A stretch of 64,000 nucleotides of DNA, taken from an uncultured Acidobacteriota bacterium (GTDB lineage Bacteria; Acidobacteriota; Polarisedimenticolia; J045). Positions 20,450-31,200 of this stretch are shown piece by piece. The notes beneath the pieces are model-generated. The model had not been told where the DNA came from, did no database searches, and saw nothing but the letters and a program-made list of their open reading frames with translations. The position numbers and the translations under genes were made by a program. Each line of letters opens with the position of its first letter. The first letter of the stretch is position 1. Location of the stretch: assembly GCA_963702425.1 (NCBI GenBank), contig CAVPCQ010000021.1, positions 96,001-160,000 on the forward strand, read 5' to 3'.

Positions 20450-21303
20450 CGCGCGGGCGCGCGGCGCGCCCACCGCCCCCGCCGCGCGCGGCACGACTCG
20501 TCCCGCTGCTCGTCGCGCTGTTCGCCGCTGCCTGCGCCTCCGCGCTGAAGGAGCCGCCGCCCGTCGCGGTGCTCGGCGGCGCGCAGCCGGATTCCGGTGA
20601 GCGCGCGGACGAACTGCTGCGCCGCGCCGACGCGGCCTGGGCGCGACGGGGCGACGGGGACGCGGGTGGCGCGCTGGCCGCGGTCCGCCAGGCGCAGCAG
20701 CTCTACCTCTCCGCCGCGCGCACCGACGAAGCGGACGTCGCGGGGCTGGTCGGGGCGGCCCGCACCAGCACCTGGCTCGTGGAGCACGAGACCGATCCAG
20801 GCCTTCGCGCCGAGCTGGCAACGACGGCGGTGCAGGCCGGCCAGTGGTGCCAGCGCCGCGCGCCCGGCGACCCCCGGTGCGACTACTGGCTGGCGCTCGG
20901 CCTGGGGCAGCAGGCCCGCGAGCGTCCGTCGACCGCGCTCGACGGCATCGACCGGATGGTCGAGCTGCTGCGGAAGACGATCGCGGCCGACCCGGCGCTG
21001 GACGAAGCGGGACCGCAGCGCGCGCTGGCGCTGGTCCTGTTGCGCGCGCCGGGCTGGCCGGCGGGGCCCGGGGACGCCGAGGAGGCGCTCGCGCAGGCCC
21101 GGGCGGCCGTGCAGCTGCGGCCCGACTACCCGCCCAATCAGCTCGTCCTCGCCGAAGCGCTGGCCCGGAACGGCGACCCGGACGGGGCGTCCGCGGCACT
21201 CGACCGGGCGCGGGCGCTCACCCGGACCCGCGAGAAGGCGGGCGATCCCGACGCGGCGGGCTGGCTGGTCGAGGCCGACGGGCTGGAGGCCACGCTCCAT
21301 TGA
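20446..21303 (+). CDS. TPR-like outer-membrane lipoprotein (BstC/TatT-like)
   Basis: GTG overlaps the upstream stop; lipobox FAAAC; CDYWLALGLGQQARE, DEAGPQRALALVLLRAPGWPAGPGD, PDYPPNQLVLAEAL. Confidence 0.8.
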   Translation: MTRGRAARPPPPPRAARLVPLLVALFAAACASALKEPPPVAVLGGAQPDSGERADELLRRADAAWARRGDGDAGGALAAVRQAQQLYLSAARTDEADVAGLVGAARTSTWLVEHETDPGLRAELATTAVQAGQWCQRRAPGDPRCDYWLALGLGQQARERPSTALDGIDRMVELLRKTIAADPALDEAGPQRALALVLLRAPGWPAGPGDAEEALAQARAAVQLRPDYPPNQLVLAEALARNGDPDGASAALDRARALTRTREKAGDPDAAGWLVEADGLEATLH

Positions 21304-21492
21304 ACGAACCGAGCCGGGGAGCCACGAGGCCCGGTGCCCCGGCCGCGTACCGGCCCTCGCCTCTCCTCCGCGCCGGGGCTCGATTTCGCACCCGCGGATC
21401 GCCGGGGCCAAGACCGAACGGCCGCGGCTGACTTCCCTCCACGGGTCGTTGATAATCGCGCGGGGCACGGATGGAAGGAGCATCGCGGCGCC

Positions 21493-23556
21493 ATGCACGC
21501 CTTGAGGATCGTCACGGGCACCGCGTCCCGGGTGCTGCTGCTCTGCGCGGTGCTGTCGGCCCAGGCACTGGCCGGCGGCACGGGGGCCGGCCTGCCCCCC
21601 GACGCCCTCTCCCCCGAGGGGCGCACGCGCTGGGAGCTGGCGGCGCTTCCCGCCGCCCGCGGCGGCGACACCGTACTGCCGCCGCTGGCGCTCCGCGTCC
21701 TCCGTCCCGGCGAGTCGAGCACGGTGGAGACTCACGGTGAATACGTGCGCTCTCGAGGGGCGCGGCATCGGCTGGGCCGAACTGCCGATCGGCCCGCGCG
21801 AGGCGACATTGCTGCGCGTGACGATCGAGCGGCGTGAGACCGTGGACGCGCCATGGGAGCCGGCGCGTCACGGGTACGCGTGGCTCGACGGGGACGCGCG
21901 GCTGCTGGCTTCGATCCTGTGGGACGGCGCGCCGGATGACTGGAGCGCGGAGCCGGAGGGCGCATCGTACGCCCCCGATGGCGTGGCGGAGCTGAAGATC
22001 TACTCGACGGAGATCGCGACCGGCCCGTATTACGACGTCTCGTACGGCTGGGACCGCGGAGTGCCGCCGCCCAACCCGCAGACACCGATCTCGGTGCTGA
22101 CGACGCCGAGCTATGCGACCGCTGGCGAACTGGTCGCTGCCTCGTACTGGGACTTCTCCGGCAACACGACAGGAACGGAAGTTTCCGAATCGCAGTCCGA
22201 GATCACCTCCGCCGAGACCTGCAACCTCAATCGCTGCGGCTACACCGGGGCGCCGGGCTGGTCGCTCCAGCGAACGGACAAGAGCTTCGACAGCACGGCG
22301 AACCTCCGCAAGGACAACCAGTCGGTCCAGCTCGACACCTCCGATCCGACGAAGGTGATCCTCTGGCTGCGCGCCGGGCGCCAGAACGAGGGGAAGACGG
22401 GGGGCTTCGGCACCGGCGAGACCGGCTACTGCTTCACCTCCGACGGATCGGGGACGCGAACGCCGGTGCCGCTCTATCTCTTCGGCCGCCGGGATGCCAA
22501 GGGCTTCTACTTCGTACCCGGCGACAACTGGGCCGGCGGCCCGTTCAACTGCGAGCAGAACGTCTTCAACCAGACTTGCGGCACCCCGCAGTTCTTCGAC
22601 AAGCTCTACACCAAGGCCTGCGGGACCCACAGCGGCCAGCAGGGCGCCGCGGCGATCAAGAACGGCGTGGTCAAGCTCCCCTCGGGGCATACGTTCAACG
22701 CGATGCTGGTGAAGATCTACGCCGATTTCTGCGTCTACACCCCCAGCACGCTCTTTCCGTGCGCGGCACTCTTCAAGGTCGACGAGGTGCGGACGATCAA
22801 CTACCAGTGGATGGTCCCCCACCTCGGGACCGTCGCCCGGATCCGCTCGGAGCAGAACGTGCCCGACGAGAGCTCCTGGACCACGGTCGCTGAAACCAAC
22901 ATCAAGTTCGGCCTTTACCCGCCGCTCTCGATCACGGTGACCGGCCAGACGCAATGCCTCGATCACGCTGTCGTGGGATCCCGGGCTGCTCACGCAGCGG
23001 ATCAGCCGCTACAAGGTCTACTGGGACACCGACTCCGGCAGCGCCAGCGGCTACGCGTTCAACTCGCAGAGCCACCCGGGACAGGTCGTCTTCAACGGCA
23101 CCTCGGCGACGATCAGCGGGCTCGTACGCCGGGACCAGCCATTACGTGACCGTCACGTCGCTGTCCGATTTCAGGAACCCTTCGACCGGCGTGACGCGAA
23201 CCTACGAGAGCCTCGTCTACCCGACGCAGGTCTTCGGCGACCCGGACAAGGTCTACCCGGTCGAGGTCCTCGGAACGACGGCCGGCGGCTGCACGCCGAC
23301 ACAGGAGGTGCAGGGGCTCCGGATCACGCGGCTGGCCGGCGGCACGCTGCGCTTCTGCTGGAACGCGCTGGCCGATCCCTGTCTCGCGGGTTACCGGATC
23401 CTCGGCTCCAACGACGCCACCTCGGCCGCGGGCTGGAGCACCGTGGCCGACGTCGGCAACGTGACCTGCTGGGACGGAAACCCCTCGTCGCGCTTCTACC
23501 TCGTGCAGGCGCGGGGCGGCACCGGGACCGGGCCGTGGGGCCATTATGGCCGGTAG
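21493..23556 (+). CDS. Secreted Cys-rich protein with FN3-like domain, split by three +1 frameshifts (assembly error or pseudogene)
   Basis: ATG 21493 with signal peptide; frame changes at ~21751 (EYVR|LEGRGIGW), ~22952 (TGQT|NASITLSWDPG...YKVYWDTDSG) and ~23126 (ISGLV|AGTSHYVTVTS); ends FYLVQARGGTGTGPWGHYGR. Confidence 0.72.
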
Positions 23557-26500
23557 GGGCCGCCCTCCGTGGCGGCCCGCGCCACGCGGGCTCGGGCCGG
23601 GACGGAGCCCGGCCCCTACAGGCGGTACCGCGCGGCGTCTCGCCGCGGTCCTGCTGCTGCTTCTCGCCGCGGCGCTGCCCGCGACGGCCCAGACCGTCTC
23701 TTCGTCGCTCCAGGGCACCGTCACGGGGGCGGACGGCAGGCCGCTCGCCGACGCGGTCATCACTGCGCGGCACGCCGCGACCGGGGTCGTGCGCTCGACC
23801 CTGACCGGCCCCGACGGGCGCTACGTGCTGGGGTCGCTGCCGCCCGGAGAGTGGGTCGTGACCGCGACTTCGCCCGAGGGGAACCCGGGAGGCGAGCGCG
23901 CCGTCACGCTCGCCCTGCAGCAGACGGGGCGGGTCGACTTCGTCGTGCTGAGCGGGATCGCGGAAGAGGTCGAGGTCAAGGGGACGACGCCGCTGCTCGA
24001 GCCGAAGCGCACCAGCACCGAGCTGCGGATCGAGAATCTCAAGGTGGACGCGCTGCCGGTCCAGGGGCGCGCCATCACGCAGCTCGCGCTGCTCGACTCT
24101 TCGATCGTCGCCACGCCGCCCGGCGCGTTCTACGGCGAGCGGGGGGCGGTCTTCTCGGCCAACGGGCAGGGCGGACGCGCCAACGCTTACCTCGTCGACG
24201 GGCTCGACAACGGCGACCGCGTCAGCTCGACGACGCTCAACAGCTTCTTCTCGCAGCAGGTCGTGCGCGAGTACGTGCTGATGAAGAACTCGTTCGCGCC
24301 GGAGTTCGGGCGGGCGACGGGCGGGGTGATGAACGTCGTCACCGAGCGCGGCGAAAACGACTTCGCCGCCTCCGCGTTCGTGCAGGGCTCCAGCCGCCAG
24401 TTCAACTCGGCGGGCAGCTTCGTCCAGGACCTGCCCGGCGCCACCGCCGACGACTCCGGCGAGCTGGGGGCGTTCGGCTTCAAGCTCGGCGGGCCGATCG
24501 TGCGCGATCGCTCGTTCTACTTCGCGGCCTTCGAGCAGCAGACGAACGACGACGTCTACCCCTACACCGGGATCGATCGGAACGGGGTCCCCGGGGGGGT
24601 CCTGCGCGGCACGAACCGCGACACCAACCTCTTCCTGCGCGGCGACTTCAACCTCTCCGACAGCGATTTCCTGATGCTGCGGCTGTCGGGCGACCGGCGG
24701 GCATCGGTGGGCCTCAACGTCGGGGGCGTGACGACGCCGGAGGCGGGATTCTCGCTCGACGAAGAGGACTGGCAGCTGGCGGGGACGCTGACCTCGGTGA
24801 TCTCTCCGCGGGTGGTGAACGAGTTCCGGATGCTCGTGGGAACCTCCGATTTCACCCAGAACGCCAACTCGACGCGGCCGGGCGTCGAACGGCCGTCCGG
24901 CCTCTTCGGCGGCAACAACCTGGCATTCCAGGACCGCACCGAGGACCGGGTCGAACTGCTCGACAACGTCGCTTGGACGGCCGGAACGCACCAGTTCAAG
25001 GCCGGGGTCGACCTGCTCTGGACCCGCACGAAGGCGCAGACGGCATTCAATCCGAACGGCAACTTCCTCTACGCGACCGACCTCCCGTTCGAGCCGGGGG
25101 ACTGCGGCGACCTGCTCGCCTCCCAGGTGCCGCGCTGCCCGCCGGGCGACCCCTATTGCGCCGCGCTCAGCACCCCGGTCCCCTGCCCCGGCATCCCCGG
25201 CGTCGACGACGATGGCGACGGCCTGGTCGACGAGCCGGGCCGGATCGACAGCTACCCGTTCGTGTTCCAGTACATCGACGGGAAACCCGAACGTCACGCT
25301 CGACGACACGCAGCTCGCGCTGTTCATGCAGGACAGCTGGCAGGTGAACCCGCGCCTCACGATCGACTACGGCCTGCGCTACGACCTGGCGAGTTATGTG
25401 CTGCCCGCGGCGGTCGGCGTCCCGTCCCGCGTCGAGAACGGCGGGGCCGGTCGCGACACGAACAACCTCGCGCCCCGCGCGGCGTTCAGCTGGCTGGCCA
25501 CGCCGGACGGCAAGACGATCGTGCGCGGCGGAGCCGGCGTCTTCTACGACAAGATCCCGCTCGGCTTCCCGGCCGTGGCGGCCGTGACGGCGCAGACCGC
25601 GATCGGGCTGATCTTCCCGCAGGGCCTGACCTTCGAGATCACCGAGGACGTGGTCGAGCAGTACGGGATCGACCTGATCCTCTCCGGCCTGGTCTTCCCC
25701 GACAACCTGACGATGCGCTTTTCCACGGCGACCGAGCTCGACACGCCCTACGCCGTCCAGTACACCCTCGGCGCGGACCGCGCGCTCGGGCAGTTCGGGG
25801 CGCTCTCGCTGGAGGCCGTGCGAGTGCTCGGCTACCACCAGGTCATGATGCGCGACCTCAACCCGGTCGTGACGACGGATCCGAGCGGGATGCCGATCCA
25901 CCGCGACGCCGAATTCGGCTCGATCGCCGCGATCACGACCGAAGGACGCACCTGGTATACCGGGGTCACGCTCGGCTATCGCTGGTCGCGCGCCGCCGAC
26001 TGGGCCTCGGCGTCATACACCTGGTCGACCGCGGAGGATCTCGCGCCCGATCCCCTGAAGGGCGGGATCGCGCTCCCGCCCGACTCCGACGACATCGCCA
26101 GCGAGAAGGGGCGCTCGGACTACGACCGGCGCCACCGGCTGGTGCTCTCGGGGTCGCTGGGACTCGGCTTCTGGGGGCTGCGGCTGGGCGCGGCGGCGCA
26201 GTACGCGACGGCGATCCCCTACAACGTCACCACCGGCCGCGACGAGAACCTCGACGGCATCACCTCGGACCGGCCGGAGGGGATCGGCCGCAACCAGGGC
26301 GAGGAGTCGCCGCTGGGGCCGATCAACGCGCTGCGCCGCGAGGTCGGCCTCGCGCCGGTGGAGAGTCTCTCGGCCGAGCCCTTCGCACAGGTCGACCTGA
26401 GGCTGTCGCAGCCGTTCGGGCTCGGCGGCGGGACGGGCGGCGAGTGGTACCTGCAGGTCTTCAACCTGTTCGACCGCTTCAACCCGGCGTTGATCGACGG

Positions 26501-26588
26501 TCGCGTCACCTCGGTGAACTTCGGCCAGGCGCTCGGGCTCGCGGGACCGCCGCGGACCCTCGAGCTGGGCCTGCGCGTCGGCTTCTGA
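23546..26588 (+). CDS. TonB-dependent receptor (Oar/carboxypeptidase-regulatory-domain type), one +1 frameshift at ~25282
   Basis: LQGTVTGADG..L..A.I, YLVDGLDNG, APEFGRATGGVMNVVT, FMQDSWQVNPRLTIDYGLRYD, NNLAPRAAFSW, QVFNLFDRFN, C-terminal PRTLELGLRVGF. Joins ORFs 23546 and 25212. Confidence 0.88.
23553..23619. repeat. REP doublet (inverted pair)
   Basis: GTAGGGGCCGCCCTCCGTGGCGGCCC (identical to the 7313 copy) ... GGGCCGGGACGGAGCCCGGCCCCTAC. Confidence 0.85.
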
Positions 26589-26595
26589 GGAGCCC

Positions 26596-27270
26596 GTGAA
26601 GATCCTCGTCGTCGACGACGACCTCGACCTGCGCGGGCTGATCGGCTTCGCGCTGCGGCAGGCGGGCTACCTGGTGCTCGAGGCCGGCAACGGCGTCGAA
26701 GCGCTCGAACTCTTCGAGCGCGAGCAGCCCGATCTCGTCGTGCTCGACGTCAACATGCCGAAACTCGACGGCTTCGAGGCTTGCCGCAAGATCCGCGCCG
26801 TCTCGCGCACGCCGGTCATGATGCTCACGGTGCGCGGCACCGAGGAGGACCAGGTCCGCGGCCTCGACCTGGGCGCCGATGACTTCCTCGTCAAGCCGTT
26901 CAGCCCGCGGACGCTGCTGGCCCGCGTGCGGGCGCTGCTGCGCCGGACCGAGCCGGCGCAAGAGCCGACTCTCACGGCGGGGCGGATCGCGCTCGATCCC
27001 GGGCGCTTGACCGTGCGCGTCGACGAATCGGAGCCGGTCCACCTGACGCCCCTCGAGTTCCGCCTGCTGCAGTACCTCGCCGCCAGCGCCGGGCACCCGA
27101 TCGCCAGCGAGCGGCTGGCGCGCCACGTCTGGGGCTACGAGGGGATCGGCGACCGCCAGCGCCTGAAGCAGCTGGTCCACCGCGTCCGGACCAAGATCGA
27201 GAGCAATCCCGCCGAGGCCCTGCTGCTGGTGACTGTCCCCGGCGTGGGCTACGTGCTGCAGGTCGACTAG
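26596..27270 (+). CDS. OmpR-family response regulator
   Basis: KILVVDDD, DLVVLDVNMP, GADDFLVKPF, winged helix LTPLEFRLL...TVPGVGY. Confidence 0.95.
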   Translation: MKILVVDDDLDLRGLIGFALRQAGYLVLEAGNGVEALELFEREQPDLVVLDVNMPKLDGFEACRKIRAVSRTPVMMLTVRGTEEDQVRGLDLGADDFLVKPFSPRTLLARVRALLRRTEPAQEPTLTAGRIALDPGRLTVRVDESEPVHLTPLEFRLLQYLAASAGHPIASERLARHVWGYEGIGDRQRLKQLVHRVRTKIESNPAEALLLVTVPGVGYVLQVD

Positions 27271-27360
27271 CGGTCCCTCCCGCACGCGGGAATCCCGCGC
27301 GGGCAACGCCCGGGATCCGATCGCCGCGCCCGGTCCGCGTAGCGCGCAGACAATCGGCGC

Positions 27361-27849
27361 ATGACGACACCGCGCATCGACCGCCCCTCCCCGGCCCGCG
27401 TCCGGCGCTTCGTCCGCGCGCGCGACGACCGGCGCGACTGCGCCTACCTCGTCACGCTCTACGCCACCGCGGGCGCGCCGCCGCTGGCGCGGCTCGACGG
27501 TTGCGGGATCGCGCTGCTGCCGGCGGGGCTGCTCGCGGCCGACGAGTGGCTGAAACTCCCGCTCGTCTTTCCGCACGTCAGCCTGGACGCCTGGGTCGTC
27601 GTACCGGACCACCTTCATGGCGTGCTCTGGCTCGAGGACCCGCGCGGTGTACCGCTGACCGCGGTCGTCAAGCAGTTCAAGGACGACTCGGCGCGTCGGA
27701 TTCGGGCCCAGTTCGGCAGCGAGGCGCTCCCGGTCTGGGGTGCCGGCCACTGCGACCGGGTGTTGCGCAGCTTCGCCCAGGTCGCATCGGCGCGGGAGTG
27801 GGTGCGGGACGGGCCGCGGCGTTGGGCGGCCCGGGCGGGGTCCCCGTGA
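27361..27849 (+). CDS. REP-associated tyrosine transposase (RAYT/Y1 HUH)-like protein, catalytic Tyr apparently absent
   Basis: AYLVTL, W..LP..FP...LDAWVVVPDHLHG (HUH), VVKQFK..SAR, W....DRVLR; ends AREWVRDGPRRW where RAYTs have YI..NP..W. Confidence 0.8.
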   Translation: MTTPRIDRPSPARVRRFVRARDDRRDCAYLVTLYATAGAPPLARLDGCGIALLPAGLLAADEWLKLPLVFPHVSLDAWVVVPDHLHGVLWLEDPRGVPLTAVVKQFKDDSARRIRAQFGSEALPVWGAGHCDRVLRSFAQVASAREWVRDGPRRWAARAGSP

Positions 27850-28205
27850 TCGGAGCGGTATCGAACCTACCCCTTCCGGTCCTGTCCGTAGTGTCTCAAA
27901 GGCTGCCCGGAGCGTCTCGATATCGCGTGGCGCGGGTCCCCGGACCTGCGTAAGTTCTGAGCGCTCGCGCCGCCCCTGCGCCCAAGGGGGGCGGCGTGGC
28001 GGGACGCCGGGGAGAACGCCGGGCCGACTCGACGGGAGTGCTTGGAGCCTGATGTCGAGCCACGGCCCGGGGGGGGTCCTGTCCACTCGTTGCGGAACCG
28101 TTCGCGATGCGCAGAAGCGGCGCGCCTTCCCGCGCCCGCTCCGCGTCGCCATTTCCCGACCGGGACGGCGCGAGCCGCTGGCTTCATGGCACCGGAGGCC
28201 CCTTG

Positions 28206-31200
28206 ATGAGAAGTCCGTCCGCCCTGTTCTCCATCCCCAGCGTTCCGCTGTTCGTGCTCGGCGCACTCGCCGGCGCCGTTGCGGCTCCGGACGTCCTGGC
28301 GCAATGCACGCCGGAACCTGAGCTGTGCGACGGCGTCGACAACGACTGCGACGGCTCCGTCGACGAGGTCCGGGGGACGCGCTACGTCGCGGTGAGCGGC
28401 TCGGACGGCGCCGGGTCGAACCTCTGCACCAGTCCGGGGTCGCCCTGCGCGACGATCACCCACGCGTCGAACGCCGCCTGCGTCAACGAGCTGATCTCGG
28501 TCGCGCCGGGCACCTACGCCCAGGACGCGGTCTTGGCCAAGGCCGGCGTGACGGTCGACAGCAGCAGCTCCTCGATCGACACCCGGCTGCAGGGGACGGG
28601 CGCCGGCGATGTCGTGAAGATCCTCGCGTCCGGCGTGATCTGGAACGGGATCGAGGTCTCAGGCGGCCCCGCGGGCGCCTGCGTGCGAGTCGGCGACGCG
28701 GCGCACCCCGACGTGCGCAACGTCTCGATCCAGAACAACCCGATCCACTCCTGCGCGGTCGGCGTGCTCTTCGACTCGACCGGCTCGCCGGCGAGCGGCG
28801 GCTGGAACCGGGTGCTCGACACGATCGTCCGCAATCACCTCGGGAACGGCCAGCCGAACAGCGGCGTGGGGATCCTGTTCGTCGGCGGCAGCGGCAAGAC
28901 CGAGATCAAGCTGGGCCAGATCCGGGACAACGACGGGCCGGGCCTTCGTGTCGTGGCCCCGCCGCCCGGCGGGAGCAGTTCCACGATCCGGATCGTCGGC
29001 CTCATCATCTCCGACAACGGCAAGGGAGTCCAGGCCGACGGTCGGAGCGCGCTGGAGTTCTCGCACGCGAGCGACGTGGTCGTCGAGGGGAACGACATCA
29101 GGGGCCACGTCGGCCTCGGCGGAGTCACCGACGGCGGCGCGGTGCGCCTCGACGCGGTAGCGGGCGGGAGCATCCTCTGCAACCGCGTGCGCGACGGCGA
29201 GAACGGCGTGGCCGCGCTCGGCGGAACGACCGCCCTGAGCATCCTGTCGAACCGCTTCACGGGCAACACCGGCACCGCGCTGCTGTTCGACCCGACGTCG
29301 GGGGCCGGCTCGGTCGTCAATCAGGACCTCTTCAGCGGCAACGCCGTCGCGCTGGACAACCGGAACCCGGCGCCGCTCGACGCGCGCCTGAGCTGGTGGA
29401 ATGCGGCGAGCGGACCGGCCCCCGGCGGGTCCGGCGACCTCGTCCTGGGGGCCGTCGACAGCTCGCGGTTCTGGGCCCGGGGCGTCGCGCCTTTGCTGGT
29501 CAAGGCGCCCGAGAACAGCGGCTGGAGCTGGCCCGTCGCCGCCTGCTACGCGCTCGTCGGTCCGGCCGCGAACGCCGCCGTCGACGGCGACCTGCTGCTG
29601 GTCGGCACCGGGCGCTACATCGAGCACGCGGTCATCGACGGCAAGCGGCTCGACATCGAGGGGATCGACGGCGGCTCGGCCTGCTCGCCGTCCCAGATGT
29701 GGGGCGAGCAGTCGGGCGGCTCGCACCTGCCGACGCTGCGGATCAGGAACGTGTCCGGCATGTCGATCAACAACCTGAGCATCGACGGGGCCGGCCAGGG
29801 GACGACCTGCGGCCAGGGCACGGGCGACGAGATCAACCTCGACCTGCAGAACGTGGACGACTCGCACTTCACCAACCTCTGCACCTGGCAGCATGGCGTG
29901 ACCGGCGTGCGGGTCTACGGCGACTCCGACAACAACCTGCTCCAGCGGATCCGGGTCTCCGGCATGATCCGCGACCACGAAGGGGACGACCTGTGCGGCG
30001 CGCGGGGCCGCGAGGGGTTCCTGATCGATGGCGGCCCGGCCTGCGAAGGCGGCCCCGGCGCGTTCGCGGACGGCAACCGGATCGTCGACGTCCAGACCTT
30101 CCACAACTCGCGCGCGATCACGGTCAAGCTGGCCCGGGGCACCGAGATCTCGAGCAGCCTGGTCCACGGCGTGCCGTCCGGCCAGTGGGACGGCGGCGTG
30201 TTCGCCACCGCGATCTGGGTCAAGATGTCCGACGATACCTCGATCCTCGACAACTACGACGTCGGGAACCGCGGGATGACCGACGCGATCCGGATCCAGG
30301 GCCGCGCCGCGGCCGACTGCGCTACCGAGAATCCCGACAGCGACCGGACCACGCTCCGCGGCAACACGATCGACATGGTGGAGAACGGCGGCTACTGCCT
30401 GCGCGTCTATCGAGGCGCCGGCGACCCCGGCACCGTGACCGCCGTCGACGCCTCCTGCAACACGATCCGCGGCGGCTACCAGGGGGTGCGGCTCGAGACT
30501 GCGGATCCGGCGACGTCGTTCGCGATGAACGACCTCGTCGCCGACACGCAGGGCCTCGTGAACCTGGCACCGGACCTCGCGCTGGCCGAGAACAACTGGT
30601 GGGGCGATCCGTCCGGCCCGAGCGGCGCGGGACCGGGAACGGGCACCTCGGTGACCGGGAACGTCGACTTCACGCCGTGGATGAGCTCGTCCGCGTTCGA
30701 CGACGCCGACCTGGACGGCTGGTCCGAGTGCGCGGGAGACGCGAACGACGCCGATCCGCTGATCAAGCCGGTCGACCCGTGCGACGGATTCGACAACGAC
30801 CTCGACGGCACGACGGATGAGGACTTCGTGCCGCAGGCGACGAGCTGCGGGCTGGGTGTCTGCGCGCGGCAGGGAGCGACGACCTGCGTTGCCGGTGTCG
30901 CGCAGGACAGCTGCGCTCCGGGACCGCCGAACGACCCGCTCGACGCCTCCTGCAATGCGCTCGACGACGACTGCGACGGCGTCGTGGACGACGGGTTCGC
31001 GACCACTCCGACCGCCTGCGGCGTCGGGGCCTGCGCCGCCACCGGCGCGATCTCCTGTGTCGGCGGCGCGGTGCAGGACACCTGCCTGCCGGGTACACCG
31101 GCGCCGGACGACGCCACCTGCAACGCCGTCGACGACGACTGCGACGGTTCCGTAGATGAGGAGTTCGTCCCCGGCTCGACGGCTTGCGGGGTCGGTGCGT

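Noticed and set aside
25280-25286. GGGAAAC slippery heptamer at the TonB receptor frameshift
   Set aside because: Programmed -1 shifting goes from GGA-AAC to GGG-AAA; here the required shift is the opposite (+1). A homopolymer indel is more plausible.
27361-27849. Active IS200/IS605 insertion sequence
   Set aside because: No tnpB, no clear terminal hairpins, and no catalytic Tyr; treated as RAYT-like instead.
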